Shown here one piece after another: positions 29,261 through 40,159 of a stretch of 64,000 nt of DNA. Source of the DNA: Candidatus Poribacteria bacterium (lineage in GTDB: Bacteria > Poribacteria > WGA-4E > PCPOR2b); contig OZ220744.1 in NCBI GenBank assembly GCA_965116925.1, positions 5,536,001 to 5,600,000 of the forward strand, in the 5' to 3' direction. The notes beneath the pieces were generated by a model. The model made no database searches, had not been told where the DNA came from, and saw nothing but the letters and a program-made list of their open reading frames with translations. Every line of letters begins with the position of its first letter. Position 1 is the first letter of the stretch. The position numbers and the translations under genes were made by a program.

Positions 29261-30733
29261 TCAATAGGCTTTTTTGAATCTGTTTACTGGCTTTAGTAGG
29301 TATTTCTTTTCGCTTTCCGAGAACAAGCCGGTGCTCCAGAGAATCAGAGGATAGCCCAAAAAGAACAGGAGCTTCAGTGCTACATCCGTTCCGATAGCCC
29401 CATTATTGGCAACCAACAAAGATAGTCCATAAAGTCCAAATCCGATTCCTGTGATATGTAAAAGTCTTCCAACCTCGAAGTGGAGATCATAGAATTTTGC
29501 TGAATAGTATGCTTTCAGAGCATTCCATACAATGTAAGATAGCATAGTGGCGAATGCAGCCCCTAACATGCCCCATTGGGGGACAAAAAGAAAGTTTAAC
29601 CCAATATTCACCAATGCTGCCACTAAAACGATTCCCGAAATATGGAACGATTTTTTCATCAGTCCCATACCCCAACCGACGAAATTACCAAGCCCATGTT
29701 GAACGTAGGAGTAGGTGATGATTGGGACGATGACCCAAGCTGCCCAGAACACCTCTTTCCGGGCAAAAAGCATCAAAATCTCTCGACTGAAAAGTGAAAT
29801 CAGAAGACACGCAGCGCACCCCACCAGATAGAAATAGGTGGCACCCACTCTTAGAAAATCCCTGATGGCTTCGGGATCTTCTTCCTGCTTGAGAACAACG
29901 GGTTGAAGTGCCTGTTTCAACGGAGTTACCAAAGCGGTCTGAAGGATTCCAGCAATTTGATATCCGAAGGAATAGAGACCCACCATGCTAACGGAATTGA
30001 AGATTCTTAAAACATACCGATCGCCAGATTGGATGAGAAGATTTGAATATTCCGACAACAACAGCGGATAAGCGTATTTCAGCGGTGGAATAAGGATCGA
30101 ACGAGACAGCTTAAAGGTCGATCTTTTGATAAAAACGGGGAGTACCATGATCACCGTGACTATCAGACTGAGCAAGTTTCCGACGATAAGTGCGAGCACT
30201 CCCTTTTTCAAAACAATAAGCAGATACAGTGTCAAACCCGCAGAGAGCAACAGGCTTGATATAGATGTAAATACGAAGTACTTTGCCCTCTCTAACATGC
30301 GAAGCAAGCACAGAAACAGGGACGAAAGCGGTTGTAAAAACAGTATCAGCGCATATATTTTGAGGAGGTGAGCGAGATTCCTATCTTGTAGGAGTACCCC
30401 AGCGAGGTATTCACTGATTCTCCAAAATATAACTGCACAACAGGTAATTATCAGCAACGCCCATAAAAATAGGTTGAACAGTAAGATACCACTTTTTTCC
30501 TCATATTCTGGTGCATAGTAAAACCGAGTAAAGGCACTATTGATCGGTGCTGACACGAACCGAGTCAACAGGCTAACCGTAATAGATATCAACCCAATAA
30601 TACCAAAATCGTGGGGAGACAAGAACGAGGTGTAGATTGGGAACAGTAAAACGAATAACGCACCTTGAGATATGCTGCCGATGCTATAGATACTTCCCAG
30701 TTGTATCGTTCTTTTTATATGATCTATTATCAT
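29261..30733 (-). CDS. Oligosaccharide flippase (Wzx-like)
   Basis: About 12-14 TM segments; DRYVL, VGLYSFG, NIGLNFLFVPQWGMLGAAFAT. Confidence 0.88.
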   Translation of the reverse strand: MIIDHIKRTIQLGSIYSIGSISQGALFVLLFPIYTSFLSPHDFGIIGLISITVSLLTRFVSAPINSAFTRFYYAPEYEEKSGILLFNLFLWALLIITCCAVIFWRISEYLAGVLLQDRNLAHLLKIYALILFLQPLSSLFLCLLRMLERAKYFVFTSISSLLLSAGLTLYLLIVLKKGVLALIVGNLLSLIVTVIMVLPVFIKRSTFKLSRSILIPPLKYAYPLLLSEYSNLLIQSGDRYVLRIFNSVSMVGLYSFGYQIAGILQTALVTPLKQALQPVVLKQEEDPEAIRDFLRVGATYFYLVGCAACLLISLFSREILMLFARKEVFWAAWVIVPIITYSYVQHGLGNFVGWGMGLMKKSFHISGIVLVAALVNIGLNFLFVPQWGMLGAAFATMLSYIVWNALKAYYSAKFYDLHFEVGRLLHITGIGFGLYGLSLLVANNGAIGTDVALKLLFFLGYPLILWSTGLFSESEKKYLLKPVNRFKKAY

Positions 30734-32310
30734 ACATTGTAGACCGCATAACCCTCATTGTCATACAACGGTTCCAGTGATTTTAAGGGGTATTCAATTC
30801 CTCGTTTCGCCGCTAATTCTACCTCTCGTTTCTGAACCACCAGTGTATTGACCCCATACCGGGCACGAAAATGGTCAAAGTCTGGCTTCATCAGATAGAG
30901 ATATACATGATCTTCACCCATATACCTCATCCCTCGTCCCGGTTCAGACATTGAAGGGTAATAAAAGCGAGAATCGGTTTCCTCGATGCTTCCAGCCAAA
31001 GCATAACTGAGTTTCGTCGGGATGGTAATTATATTCTGTCCGTTTCTCTTATTCAAGAATTTGATAACGTCATCAAGATCCGTTTCTCTGGGGGGCCAAA
31101 GATTGTTTTTAATTCTAACCGAACTTAGATACAGGAAATTCACCAAAACGAACCCGATGTGAATCAGGAGGATTACATAGATTATTTCGTATGAGTGCTT
31201 GACTGTAATGCAATATCTGACAAAAATTAGATGAATAAAGGCTAGCGAATACTCAAGATATCTTTCTGCCTCGCCTAGGAATAGGGCAAACTTGATAGAT
31301 GTAATAACAAATGCGATGAAACTGGCGATAGTGAGTCCAGTTATATACCAAATGACGTTGTCAGAAGAGAGTGCCGTGAAAGTATCCGGTGAAGAAAGCC
31401 ACCAGTATAAGAGAAGTGGGATAACTGGTATCGAATAGAGGATGATGATCGGTGTCGCTTTGGTAAAAACTATCCTGCCAAACTCTCTTGGTCGGGAGAA
31501 CAGGTAGACCGGTAGTGCGACAAGATCCTTGAAACTATTCCTTTCTGCTATCGGCGTTGTACCTTCCTTTATAGCGGTGAAATACCACTTATAATGTGCC
31601 CATTTACGCGCAAGTAACTGCCTGACGCCGAGCTGCGGAACAAGTAGACAGAGTCCAAAGGTTCCTAGCAGCGGTAGTAACGGAACGAAGTCTCGGTAAA
31701 AACAGGACAGTACAATGGAATTCATTACTAACACCTGCATCCCAAACTGAGAAGAAAGCACCGTCAGCGTTCCTAAGAGAAGACAAGGCAGGTAGAAGTA
31801 GGGAAGTCCAAATAGATAACCGATACCGAAACAGGTAAAATAGAGCAGAATTAAGAGATTTCCTAGGGTTCTTCCTCCTATCGCTTGCAATCGAGCGGTT
31901 ATTGGATGCAGCTTTGGGCTCGTTGCGTAGAGAAGCGTCACCGCACCTGCAGCGGAAATAAATTGTCCAGCAGACAGCTGCCAAACACGCTCAAACAGAA
32001 GATAGCTTAAAAAATAGACTAGCAGAATACTCGCTAAATCGAAGGCAAGGTTGGTCAACCTGCCAACTAATACCCAGTGTTTTGGATTAATCTGTGCGAT
32101 AATAGCGTGTGGCAGTGGGGGATAGCCTCTAATTCCGGGGACGAGCGAATCTTTCACGTGGTGCTTGCCGATACCCTTGAGTCCCCCTAGGTCGCGCCGC
32201 AGCTTCGTGAGCCAAAGATGTGCGTCAAGGTCGCTGCCTGTGTGCAGCAGAAAAATCAGACGTGTCACAAGACCCAAGAAACAGATGCCTACCACTTCAA
32301 CGTAGAGCAT
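30730..32310 (-). CDS. Multi-pass membrane protein, possible GT-C-fold glycosyltransferase
   Basis: First TM followed by a D..H loop and YPP motif, many TMs, soluble C-terminus; lies in the glycan cluster. Confidence 0.65.
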   Translation of the reverse strand: MLYVEVVGICFLGLVTRLIFLLHTGSDLDAHLWLTKLRRDLGGLKGIGKHHVKDSLVPGIRGYPPLPHAIIAQINPKHWVLVGRLTNLAFDLASILLVYFLSYLLFERVWQLSAGQFISAAGAVTLLYATSPKLHPITARLQAIGGRTLGNLLILLYFTCFGIGYLFGLPYFYLPCLLLGTLTVLSSQFGMQVLVMNSIVLSCFYRDFVPLLPLLGTFGLCLLVPQLGVRQLLARKWAHYKWYFTAIKEGTTPIAERNSFKDLVALPVYLFSRPREFGRIVFTKATPIIILYSIPVIPLLLYWWLSSPDTFTALSSDNVIWYITGLTIASFIAFVITSIKFALFLGEAERYLEYSLAFIHLIFVRYCITVKHSYEIIYVILLIHIGFVLVNFLYLSSVRIKNNLWPPRETDLDDVIKFLNKRNGQNIITIPTKLSYALAGSIEETDSRFYYPSMSEPGRGMRYMGEDHVYLYLMKPDFDHFRARYGVNTLVVQKREVELAAKRGIEYPLKSLEPLYDNEGYAVYNV

Positions 32311-32365
32311 TTACGCGGCTGTCCTTTCTTGCTAAGCAACCGGAATTTATGGGAACTGCGAGCTC

Positions 32366-33196
32366 TTAGTATACCATAGATTCCATCATATCGCCTGCAA
32401 TCTGATCAAATGCGTTTCGTTGTTCTTGTGTCCAGTCAGTCCAACGCGGAAAATTATCAGGTAAGCCTGCCCGCTCTTGCAATGAGTTAATACGTGCGTT
32501 GATCATCGCTCCTATCTGATTGGTGTTAAATCCGTCTAGGCTCAAAAAATCGAAAATCTGTTCCATTTTGAGCGCGTCCAAGGATTTCATATCCACCTGA
32601 AGCCAATGTTGATTATCGAGTTCAGAGAACAACTCCAGCGCTTTCTTATTAAAGTTAGCCCAGTACCAAGCACACTTTTCAAAACGCGAGAGCTGTTGCC
32701 ATTCCTCAAAATATGGATCGCCGGGACTAGGGCGTAGGCGACTATAATCCCACCAATCCTGTTCAGGCGAATCAGTTAGCGATTTTGGATCGTCCTCCTT
32801 CATGGCGAAGATCCCACTATGCGAGAATTTCTGACTATAGAAATCGTGCCAGTCCATCAAGGAGCGTACAACCTCTCGTCCATCCCGCACCGGAAACAGG
32901 AATTTGCAATCCCATAGTTCGGCGATGTATGGAATAAACGGTAGATAGTTTGGATTTTTGTCTCCATACCTTAGACCACTAGACAACACCTTTTGGATTG
33001 GCTCTGACTTTGCTTTTTGAATGACCTGCTTCGGATCCTTTAATAGCCCCCGATATAAATTTCGTGCCTCGATGCACAGGTTCGGTTTCTGCTCCACAAA
33101 GATAGTTGCGTTCTGTGACGTATTTAGCATTTTTACCAGTGCCGTCGTTCCACTTCGCGCGCAGCCAATGATGAAGAAAATATCAGCCATAACCAT
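32366..33196 (-). CDS. Sulfotransferase family protein
   Basis: 5'-PSB GCARSGTT; GDKNP; 3'-PB RDGREVVRS. Confidence 0.88.
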   Translation of the reverse strand: MVMADIFFIIGCARSGTTALVKMLNTSQNATIFVEQKPNLCIEARNLYRGLLKDPKQVIQKAKSEPIQKVLSSGLRYGDKNPNYLPFIPYIAELWDCKFLFPVRDGREVVRSLMDWHDFYSQKFSHSGIFAMKEDDPKSLTDSPEQDWWDYSRLRPSPGDPYFEEWQQLSRFEKCAWYWANFNKKALELFSELDNQHWLQVDMKSLDALKMEQIFDFLSLDGFNTNQIGAMINARINSLQERAGLPDNFPRWTDWTQEQRNAFDQIAGDMMESMVY

Positions 33197-33290
33197 TTTA
33201 GTTCATTAGTTCACTAGTACATTAATGAGCCAATGAACTAACAAAGCGGTTCATTAACTCCCTTCCTCACCTACTCGCTTCCCCGTTCTA

Positions 33291-34061
33291 TTAGGGCTTA
33301 TGGGCAATCACTTCAAACACATTAACAAGTCCCATATATGTTGCATCATAGTTTGGGGACGGTTGGCTGGTTTGTCCATTGCCAAACCCCAAAGTTCCTT
33401 CAGCTCCTAGTGCAACAACCTCGAAGCCAGATTTGTCCAAGGCACGCTTGGTGCCACCGAGGGTCATTATACGGGCACCGGTACTCAGCGAAAACCCACT
33501 TCGTTTGCGGATTAACGTATTCCAGAAGGTCTGAATGCCGTAGCGTCTGGGGCGGAAATCCATCGACGGATTCGGTCCTTCGATAATATTATAGAGATAC
33601 CAGCCGGGTCCATTGGTACAGATGTATAGGGTTCCACCCTTTTTTAGGCTGCGAAAGAAGTTTCTAAAGACCTTATGGTAATCCGTTAGATACACAACGC
33701 TATAACAAAAAACCGCATCGAATGTATCTTCAAAATTGGGCATCTCTTCCAAACTGGCTCGATGAAATTCTACATTTTTGACATCATTTATCGAGGCGAG
33801 TTGAGTGCTAACAGATAAGCGTTCTGAGTCAACGTCCACACCAATAACGTGCTTTGAGGTCTGCGCCATTGCGAATGTCCATTGTCCGAATCCGCAACCT
33901 GCATCTAGAATCCTTTCCTTATCAACGCAGCCGATATGAGCCAAGCGTTCTCTATATTTATTCAATCCACCGGAATAAACCCGCTGCAAAAAGCCTACAT
34001 CATTTGCGCTTAAACGTTGAAGTAGCCGATCTGGAATCTCTATGTTGTCTGTTCCAGACAT
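33291..34061 (-). CDS. Class I SAM-dependent methyltransferase
   Basis: ILDAGCGFG; FDAVFC; LKKGG. Confidence 0.9.
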   Translation of the reverse strand: MSGTDNIEIPDRLLQRLSANDVGFLQRVYSGGLNKYRERLAHIGCVDKERILDAGCGFGQWTFAMAQTSKHVIGVDVDSERLSVSTQLASINDVKNVEFHRASLEEMPNFEDTFDAVFCYSVVYLTDYHKVFRNFFRSLKKGGTLYICTNGPGWYLYNIIEGPNPSMDFRPRRYGIQTFWNTLIRKRSGFSLSTGARIMTLGGTKRALDKSGFEVVALGAEGTLGFGNGQTSQPSPNYDATYMGLVNVFEVIAHKP

Positions 34062-34075
34062 TGGAAGTTGAACCT

Positions 34076-35152
34076 CTAAGATGTTTGCGTATATTTGTGT
34101 GAGTGACCAAATCCCATGGCGAACGGTAGATCGTGCAAGACCTTTTTTTCTGCTTCAATCGGGTTGAAACCTGCAAGGCGCGTCCGTGCCATTGCCTCAC
34201 CAACCTTCAATCCGGCGGTATGCAGGGCGATAACCGGTTTAGGACCTAAGTAATCGGTTGTAACGCTCATGTAACCGGGTGCTGCCGATTTTTTCGGAAG
34301 GCACGGGATGGCGGCGTTATCGATTTCTTCGCGATTTATATTTCCTGCGATGTGGACAATCGACACATGTGGGCTCAACGCTAACAGTTCATCAACCGCT
34401 ATCTGTCCTTCACTGCCGATTAAACAAACTGGATTGCGGTGTTCTACTAGAACAACGAGATCGGCATCACGAAGCGTAGATTTAGCAGATTCGGTCTCCA
34501 AGGAAGCACCCGCAGCAAGGTCAATATATTTTATATCAGCCTCTAACTTATCAAATGCCTTGACGCAGCTTTCACCAAAGACACCGCTTCCGACAACCAC
34601 AACTTTCGATCTGTAAATTTCGATCTCTAATTCAAACGCTAGTTTAACTGCCAAATATCCGACATAGGTGAAAAGGTTTAGCCCCACCTCCCGCTCATTT
34701 GTACCCAGAACCATAATTCCCACCCGCCGACATTCTGAGAGATCGAGATCCGCTTCGCGAAATTCCCACGTTTCCCACATCAGTGGGAGAACGGCAGTTG
34801 GTTTTAGGTGGGTAATTATATTCTTATCGATTGGGCGCACAAATCCAAGATTCGTTACAATATCAACCTGCGAAAGCGTTGATGGAATTTTATTGGAAAC
34901 TATCTCAATCCGATCCCCTACTCCCCACCTTTGCGCTAGTTCAAGCGTGAAATCTCGCACATCAGCCGCTTTGCCGTACCGAGAATCCCGCGTGATTGCG
35001 AAGACCCGATCCGAACCAGCCAACGCCGCAATCAAGGGGGTTACGACATAGTTGCCACTTGCCGCCTCTGTGAAAACAGTGAGTCCTGATAGGTCTAGAT
35101 TGTACGTGTCTATTGCATCACCAATGAGTTTCTCAATACGCTTGATGTTCAT
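34076..35152 (-). CDS. Hypothetical Rossmann-fold protein in the glycan cluster
   Basis: ATGA-coupled to asnB; TEAASG, VVVGSGVFG, HTAGLKVG. Confidence 0.75.
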   Translation of the reverse strand: MNIKRIEKLIGDAIDTYNLDLSGLTVFTEAASGNYVVTPLIAALAGSDRVFAITRDSRYGKAADVRDFTLELAQRWGVGDRIEIVSNKIPSTLSQVDIVTNLGFVRPIDKNIITHLKPTAVLPLMWETWEFREADLDLSECRRVGIMVLGTNEREVGLNLFTYVGYLAVKLAFELEIEIYRSKVVVVGSGVFGESCVKAFDKLEADIKYIDLAAGASLETESAKSTLRDADLVVLVEHRNPVCLIGSEGQIAVDELLALSPHVSIVHIAGNINREEIDNAAIPCLPKKSAAPGYMSVTTDYLGPKPVIALHTAGLKVGEAMARTRLAGFNPIEAEKKVLHDLPFAMGFGHSHKYTQTS

Positions 35153-37194
35153 TTCAAAAATTGTTTCAACCACCACTCAAAACTCAACAACGACCAGATT
35201 AGGAGTCGCTTGTTCTCTGCGCCAGAACTGTGGGTTTCAATGACCTGTCGCACATATTCGGGGTTGAGATATTCGTTAATTCGCGCCTTATCACTCAGCA
35301 ACAGATCTCGCATATACTTTTCACTGCTCCCACGGAACCACGACTCATCGGGTCCACTAAAGCCCTGTTTCTTGGCTTGTGTAATTGATTTGGGGATAAT
35401 CCGTCCCATCGTTTTACGTAGGATGTCTTTGCCAACATCTGTCCGTTCCAAACCAACCTTCCCCGGGCGTGGAGTGTTTTCATTGAACGCCTTCCAGTTG
35501 TGCAAGTTGGCAATTTTGTAGCGGACGGGTGTTTGGCAAGCGAGATTAACCAAGTCATTATCCAGAAGTGGCACCCTTGTTTCCAATGAATGTGCCATCG
35601 AAATTTTGTCTTCAACCACCAGCAACCCGTGTAAAAAGGTTTTGCATTCAAAGTAGAGTGAGTGGTTGACCTGTTCTTCCCGGCTGTCACACCGAATGTC
35701 TTTCGGATAGACATTCCGAAATACCGTCAAAGTGTGGTTTTTGAAGGAGGGTCCTCCATCAATATCCATTTTGTGAAGTTGATTTGTAATCTCTTGGTTG
35801 AAAAGCAGGGGTTTCTCTTTATTATATACCAATCTCTGCCAGTAGCGGTAATAATTGTTCGTGTAACTCTCGACACTGTTTCCAAGCCCTGTAGCATATC
35901 GCCAAGGATAACCGCCGAATAATTCGTCGCCACCTGTTCCGGACATGACGACTTTAACCTGCTTACTTGCCAGCTGAGCCGCATAGTAGTTAGGATAGCA
36001 CTGTCCGACCCGCAAATCTTCGAGATGCCAGATGAGATCTCCCATGGCAGCTTCCATATCGCCAGAATGCAGCACCTGCTCGTGATGCGCTGTCTGAAAC
36101 AGGTTTGCCATATATTCGGCTAATTCCCGTTCATCAAAACTCAGTTCATGGATTGCGGCTTCCGAGAGATCAAAACCTATTGTGAACGTGGCAATTTGTC
36201 CGAAGACAGCGGCAGTGATAGCGGTTACAGTTCCTGAGTCCATGCCGCCGCTCAAATAACTACCAACCGGAACGTCGCTAACACACTGGCGTTTGACAGT
36301 CTGTGTCAACAGGTCGTAGAGTTGGTCTTCAAGTTGATTTGCGGGAACATCCGTCTCCTGCCCGAAGTCAAAATCCCAGTATTTGGTCTTAGAAATCTTT
36401 CGCTCAATGAGATCAGGAGGCAAAGCAGTGTGCGATAAATCGAGTTCCAAGCAGTGTCCGGGCGGGAGTAGCTTAATCCTTGAGAAGAGGGTGCGGTCAG
36501 TAAAAATATTTTGGAATGAGAAGTATTCGTTTAATGCCGCGAGATCTACATTTGGTCTGTCGGGCAAGTATTCCAGAATGGACTTAATCTCGGATCCAAA
36601 CAGAAATGTGCCTTCATCGGTGAGGGTATAGTAGAGCGGCTTGATGCCGTAACGATCGCGAGCAAGCCAGACTTTTTGATTCAGGCTGTCATACAGCGCG
36701 AAGGCGAACATCCCGTTGAATCGATGAATACAGTCCGCTCCCCACTGGTGGTAGGCGTGGATGATGACTTCGGTGTCAGAAGAACTGAAAAAGTGGTAAC
36801 CGAGCCCTTTTAACTCCTGACGTATTTCTCTGAAATTGTAAATTTCCCCGTTGTAGATAAGCCAGATCTTACGTGATTTATCACACATCGGTTGATGCCC
36901 ACGCGAGGAGAGATCAATGATCGACAACCTTCGGTGTCCGAAAAACAGATCCCATTTTTCTGAATGCAATCTGTTCTGTTCGACAGCTGAATCAATTACG
37001 GGCAGCGACGGGCAAACTTCTTGAAATTGGCTATCTGTAAAATCTTGACCGAATGGGTGATGCGCCCCTGTCTGATAGACGAGATAACCCGCATCGTCTG
37101 GTCCCCTGTGGGCGATCACATCTACCATCGGTTTCAGACGTTCTACTTGAAGGGGTCTATGATTGAGAGATATTGCTCCGGCTATACCACACAT
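35149..37194 (-). CDS. asnB: Asparagine synthase (glutamine-hydrolysing) family amidotransferase, glycan-associated
   Basis: MCGIAG, HRGPD, HRRLSIID, NGEIYN, LSGGMDS, GGDELFGGY. Confidence 0.93.
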   Translation of the reverse strand: MCGIAGAISLNHRPLQVERLKPMVDVIAHRGPDDAGYLVYQTGAHHPFGQDFTDSQFQEVCPSLPVIDSAVEQNRLHSEKWDLFFGHRRLSIIDLSSRGHQPMCDKSRKIWLIYNGEIYNFREIRQELKGLGYHFFSSSDTEVIIHAYHQWGADCIHRFNGMFAFALYDSLNQKVWLARDRYGIKPLYYTLTDEGTFLFGSEIKSILEYLPDRPNVDLAALNEYFSFQNIFTDRTLFSRIKLLPPGHCLELDLSHTALPPDLIERKISKTKYWDFDFGQETDVPANQLEDQLYDLLTQTVKRQCVSDVPVGSYLSGGMDSGTVTAITAAVFGQIATFTIGFDLSEAAIHELSFDERELAEYMANLFQTAHHEQVLHSGDMEAAMGDLIWHLEDLRVGQCYPNYYAAQLASKQVKVVMSGTGGDELFGGYPWRYATGLGNSVESYTNNYYRYWQRLVYNKEKPLLFNQEITNQLHKMDIDGGPSFKNHTLTVFRNVYPKDIRCDSREEQVNHSLYFECKTFLHGLLVVEDKISMAHSLETRVPLLDNDLVNLACQTPVRYKIANLHNWKAFNENTPRPGKVGLERTDVGKDILRKTMGRIIPKSITQAKKQGFSGPDESWFRGSSEKYMRDLLLSDKARINEYLNPEYVRQVIETHSSGAENKRLLIWSLLSFEWWLKQFLK

Positions 37195-37197
37195 AGC

Positions 37198-38412
37198 TTA
37201 ACCCCTGACCTGCTGAAGACTTTGGCACACCAATTCCTGTTCAACGTCTGTCATCTGTACATAGAGCGGCAGCGTCAATCCCAATCGATCCGCTAAATAA
37301 GCGTTGGGAAATTGTTCAGGATGTAGCGCGTATTTTTTCGTATAGTAACCCTGCAGCACCGGGGCGTGTGTGCCTTGGCGGGTCGCAATCCCTTTCGCCT
37401 CTAGTTGCATCATTAGTTCGTTACGTCCTTGGTGGAGTCGATCCACATTGCTCAGGGTGGGTTCTTCAGGACGAAATAGGCAGACATAAGCCTGATACCC
37501 GTGGACGAAACCGTCGGGAATTCTTGGTGTTTCCAGCCACTCTACCTTAGTTAGCAGCTGATCGTAGTGCTGGGCGCGTTGTGAACGTATGTCCAAGATC
37601 CACGCTGCCCGATCCATCTGTGCACAACCGAGCGCGCCTTGGATGTCCGTCATGCGGTAGTTATAGCCGAGATGATTATACTCTGATAGCAGGAACCCGG
37701 CTTTGCCCGTGTGGCGTGAGAGATCAGAACGTGAAGCACCGTGATCCCGTAAGATGCGCGCTAGTTGATCGAAATCCTTGCGCTGCGTTGTGATCATTCC
37801 CCCTTCGCCGGTGGTAATCGACTTACGTGGGTGGAAGCTGAAGCAGCCCATTTCGCCAAACGTACCTGCATGTTTGCCGTGATACTGGGCACCGAACCCA
37901 CACGCGGCATCTTCCACAACCCACAGGTTATGTTTTTGAGCGATTTCCTGAATTGGCTGCATCTCCGCGCATAGTCCAAACAGGTGTACCGGGATAATCC
38001 CTACCGTTTTAGACGTAATCAACCCTTCAATCTGCTCTACATCGATATTGAAGGTGGGCAGATCAATATCGCAAAAAATAGGTTTTGCCCCCATGTATTC
38101 CACCACGTTAGCGGTGGAGATCCATGTGAAGGCGGGCACAATGACTTCGTCACCGGGCTTTAATCCTAATGCAGCGACAGCGATGTGCAGTGCTGTTGTA
38201 CAGGAGCTTGTTGCGATTGAAAAACTGGCTTCTGTGAAGGCTGAAAACTTCTTCTCAAATTTCCCGACAAACGGCCCCTGAGCTACCCAACCGCTGTGCA
38301 AAGGGGCGCGGATCGCAGCCTCTTCCTCCGCTCCGAAAAATGGTTTGGTGATTGGGATCTGTTGGAGTGTTGTCTCAGCCTTCAACGGTAACACCGCCTT
38401 TTTTATCGGCAT
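37198..38412 (-). CDS. DegT/DnrJ/EryC1/StrS sugar aminotransferase
   Basis: SSCTTALH, EDAAC, FSFHPRKSITTGEGG, GYNYRM. Confidence 0.93.
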   Translation of the reverse strand: MPIKKAVLPLKAETTLQQIPITKPFFGAEEEAAIRAPLHSGWVAQGPFVGKFEKKFSAFTEASFSIATSSCTTALHIAVAALGLKPGDEVIVPAFTWISTANVVEYMGAKPIFCDIDLPTFNIDVEQIEGLITSKTVGIIPVHLFGLCAEMQPIQEIAQKHNLWVVEDAACGFGAQYHGKHAGTFGEMGCFSFHPRKSITTGEGGMITTQRKDFDQLARILRDHGASRSDLSRHTGKAGFLLSEYNHLGYNYRMTDIQGALGCAQMDRAAWILDIRSQRAQHYDQLLTKVEWLETPRIPDGFVHGYQAYVCLFRPEEPTLSNVDRLHQGRNELMMQLEAKGIATRQGTHAPVLQGYYTKKYALHPEQFPNAYLADRLGLTLPLYVQMTDVEQELVCQSLQQVRG

Positions 38413-39355
38413 TCCGCCAATCGATCAATCGGCGCATCCCGTCTTCTATATCGACTTTCCACCGGAACCCTAAATCCCTTTCAGCGGCGTGGGTAGAACC
38501 GATCCGGTTTGTCACAAAGGTTTGATCAGCGGGTGCATACTGAATCTCAAGATCGCTGCCCGTCAACCGCAGCAGCAGCTCCGTCAACGCTTTGATTGAT
38601 GTGCCGATGCCCCGTCCAACATTGTAGTTTTTGTCAGTCACGTCAGCCCGCATAGCACAAACGTTCGCACGGGCGATATCACTCACGTAGATGAAGTCGT
38701 ACTGCTGGCTGCCGTCTCCGTAAACAACTGGAGGCAATCCTTGATCAATGCGGTCCAGAATCTTCATCATGACAGCGGTATAAGCCCCCTTATAATCTTG
38801 GCGGGGACCGTAGGCGTTCATGTAACGCAGCCCCACCCAATCCAGATTGTAGCGATGTCCCAAAGCCTTAAACATCTGCTCACCGGCAATCTTGGTCGCC
38901 CCATAAAAAGTATAGTTATTATAAGGATGCTCCTCCGTCATTGGCAACTCGACAGCGTCCCCATATACGGAAGCAGAGGAGGAATAGACCACGCGCTCTA
39001 CGCCCTGTTTAATCGCCGCTTCCAATACGTTGAAAGTACCTCCGACGTTGACTTCAAAGGCGGAACGAGGGTATTCATGGCAATGTAACAGCCACAGTGC
39101 CGCCAAATGGAACACACCGTGAACTCCCTCCATCGCCGACTCCAATATATCACGGTGTAGTATATCTCCGCCGTGGGGATTTATTGAGACCCTAGGGTCT
39201 TTCAACGCCTCCTGCAAATTTTCTTGAATTCCTCGCGTGAAATTATCATAGACAATAATCTCAGCGACATCTGTCTCGATTAACTGATCAACGACATGGC
39301 TTCCGATGAAGCCAGCTCCGCCAATAACTAAGATACGTTTATCTTTTAAGTCCAT
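38375..39355 (-). CDS. NAD-dependent nucleotide-sugar epimerase
   Basis: GGAGFIGSH, SSSASVYG, YGATK; start moved to MDLKDK. Confidence 0.9.
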   Translation of the reverse strand: MDLKDKRILVIGGAGFIGSHVVDQLIETDVAEIIVYDNFTRGIQENLQEALKDPRVSINPHGGDILHRDILESAMEGVHGVFHLAALWLLHCHEYPRSAFEVNVGGTFNVLEAAIKQGVERVVYSSSASVYGDAVELPMTEEHPYNNYTFYGATKIAGEQMFKALGHRYNLDWVGLRYMNAYGPRQDYKGAYTAVMMKILDRIDQGLPPVVYGDGSQQYDFIYVSDIARANVCAMRADVTDKNYNVGRGIGTSIKALTELLLRLTGSDLEIQYAPADQTFVTNRIGSTHAAERDLGFRWKVDIEDGMRRLIDWRNADKKGGVTVEG

Positions 39356-39427
39356 AATGATTTTACCGCAGAGACACAGAGAACGCAGAGGTAAAACGTG
39401 AACGCTCATGTTAAGAAATAGTGCACC

Positions 39428-39461
39428 AGAAACCGAGTTTTCAAGAAAAAACTCGGTTTCT
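39428..39461. repeat. 34-bp palindrome, identical to 12993-13026
   Basis: Direct sequence identity; flanked by ACCGCAGAGACACAGAG-type inverted repeats. Confidence 0.8.
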
Positions 39462-39535
39462 TTGTGTGCTTTGCACTTTCTTTTTACTTAATCTTTTGTT
39501 TTTCTCTGTGCACTCTGCGCCTCGGCGGTGATTTT

Positions 39536-40117
39536 TCAATAACCGGCAGATGTAAGCTGATTATCGCGACACTGATATTTTCGATGACAGTGACCACACT
39601 GTGCGAAATTGTCTATCAGCTCCAAACGGGTTCCACATTGACACATCCAACCGTGTTGCCGCGCAGGGTTGCCATAGACTAAGGCGTAGTCGGGGACATC
39701 CCGCGTTACCACAGATCCCGCACCGATGAAGGCATGTTCACCAATGGTGATACCGCAGACAATCGTCGCATTGGCACCAACTGTCGCTCCCCGTTTTACC
39801 AACGTGGAATCGTATTCATCAATTGTTCTGGGGACAGCACTTCTCGGATTGATGACGTTTGTGAACACCGCTGAGGGACCACAGAAAACGTCGTCTTCGA
39901 TTGTGACCCTCTTGTAGACAGAGACATTGTTTTGAATCTTGACATTGTTTCCGACGCTCACGCCACTATCAATATTAACATTTTGCCCAAGTGTGCAATT
40001 TCGTCCAATTTGGCTGTCCTTCATAACATGGCAGAAATGCCAAATCTTGGTGCCATCACCAATCGAAACAGGCTCATCGATATAAGAGGACTCATGAACA
40101 AAATAAGATTTTTTCAT
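39536..40117 (-). CDS. Hexapeptide-repeat N-acetyltransferase (WbpD-like)
   Basis: IGDGTKIWHFCH, KIQNNVSVY, FTNVINPRS, GNPAR...WMCQCG. Confidence 0.9.
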   Translation of the reverse strand: MKKSYFVHESSYIDEPVSIGDGTKIWHFCHVMKDSQIGRNCTLGQNVNIDSGVSVGNNVKIQNNVSVYKRVTIEDDVFCGPSAVFTNVINPRSAVPRTIDEYDSTLVKRGATVGANATIVCGITIGEHAFIGAGSVVTRDVPDYALVYGNPARQHGWMCQCGTRLELIDNFAQCGHCHRKYQCRDNQLTSAGY

Positions 40118-40159
40118 ATTATTCCCCTTTCTCGACGATATAGACGATACAATTATACA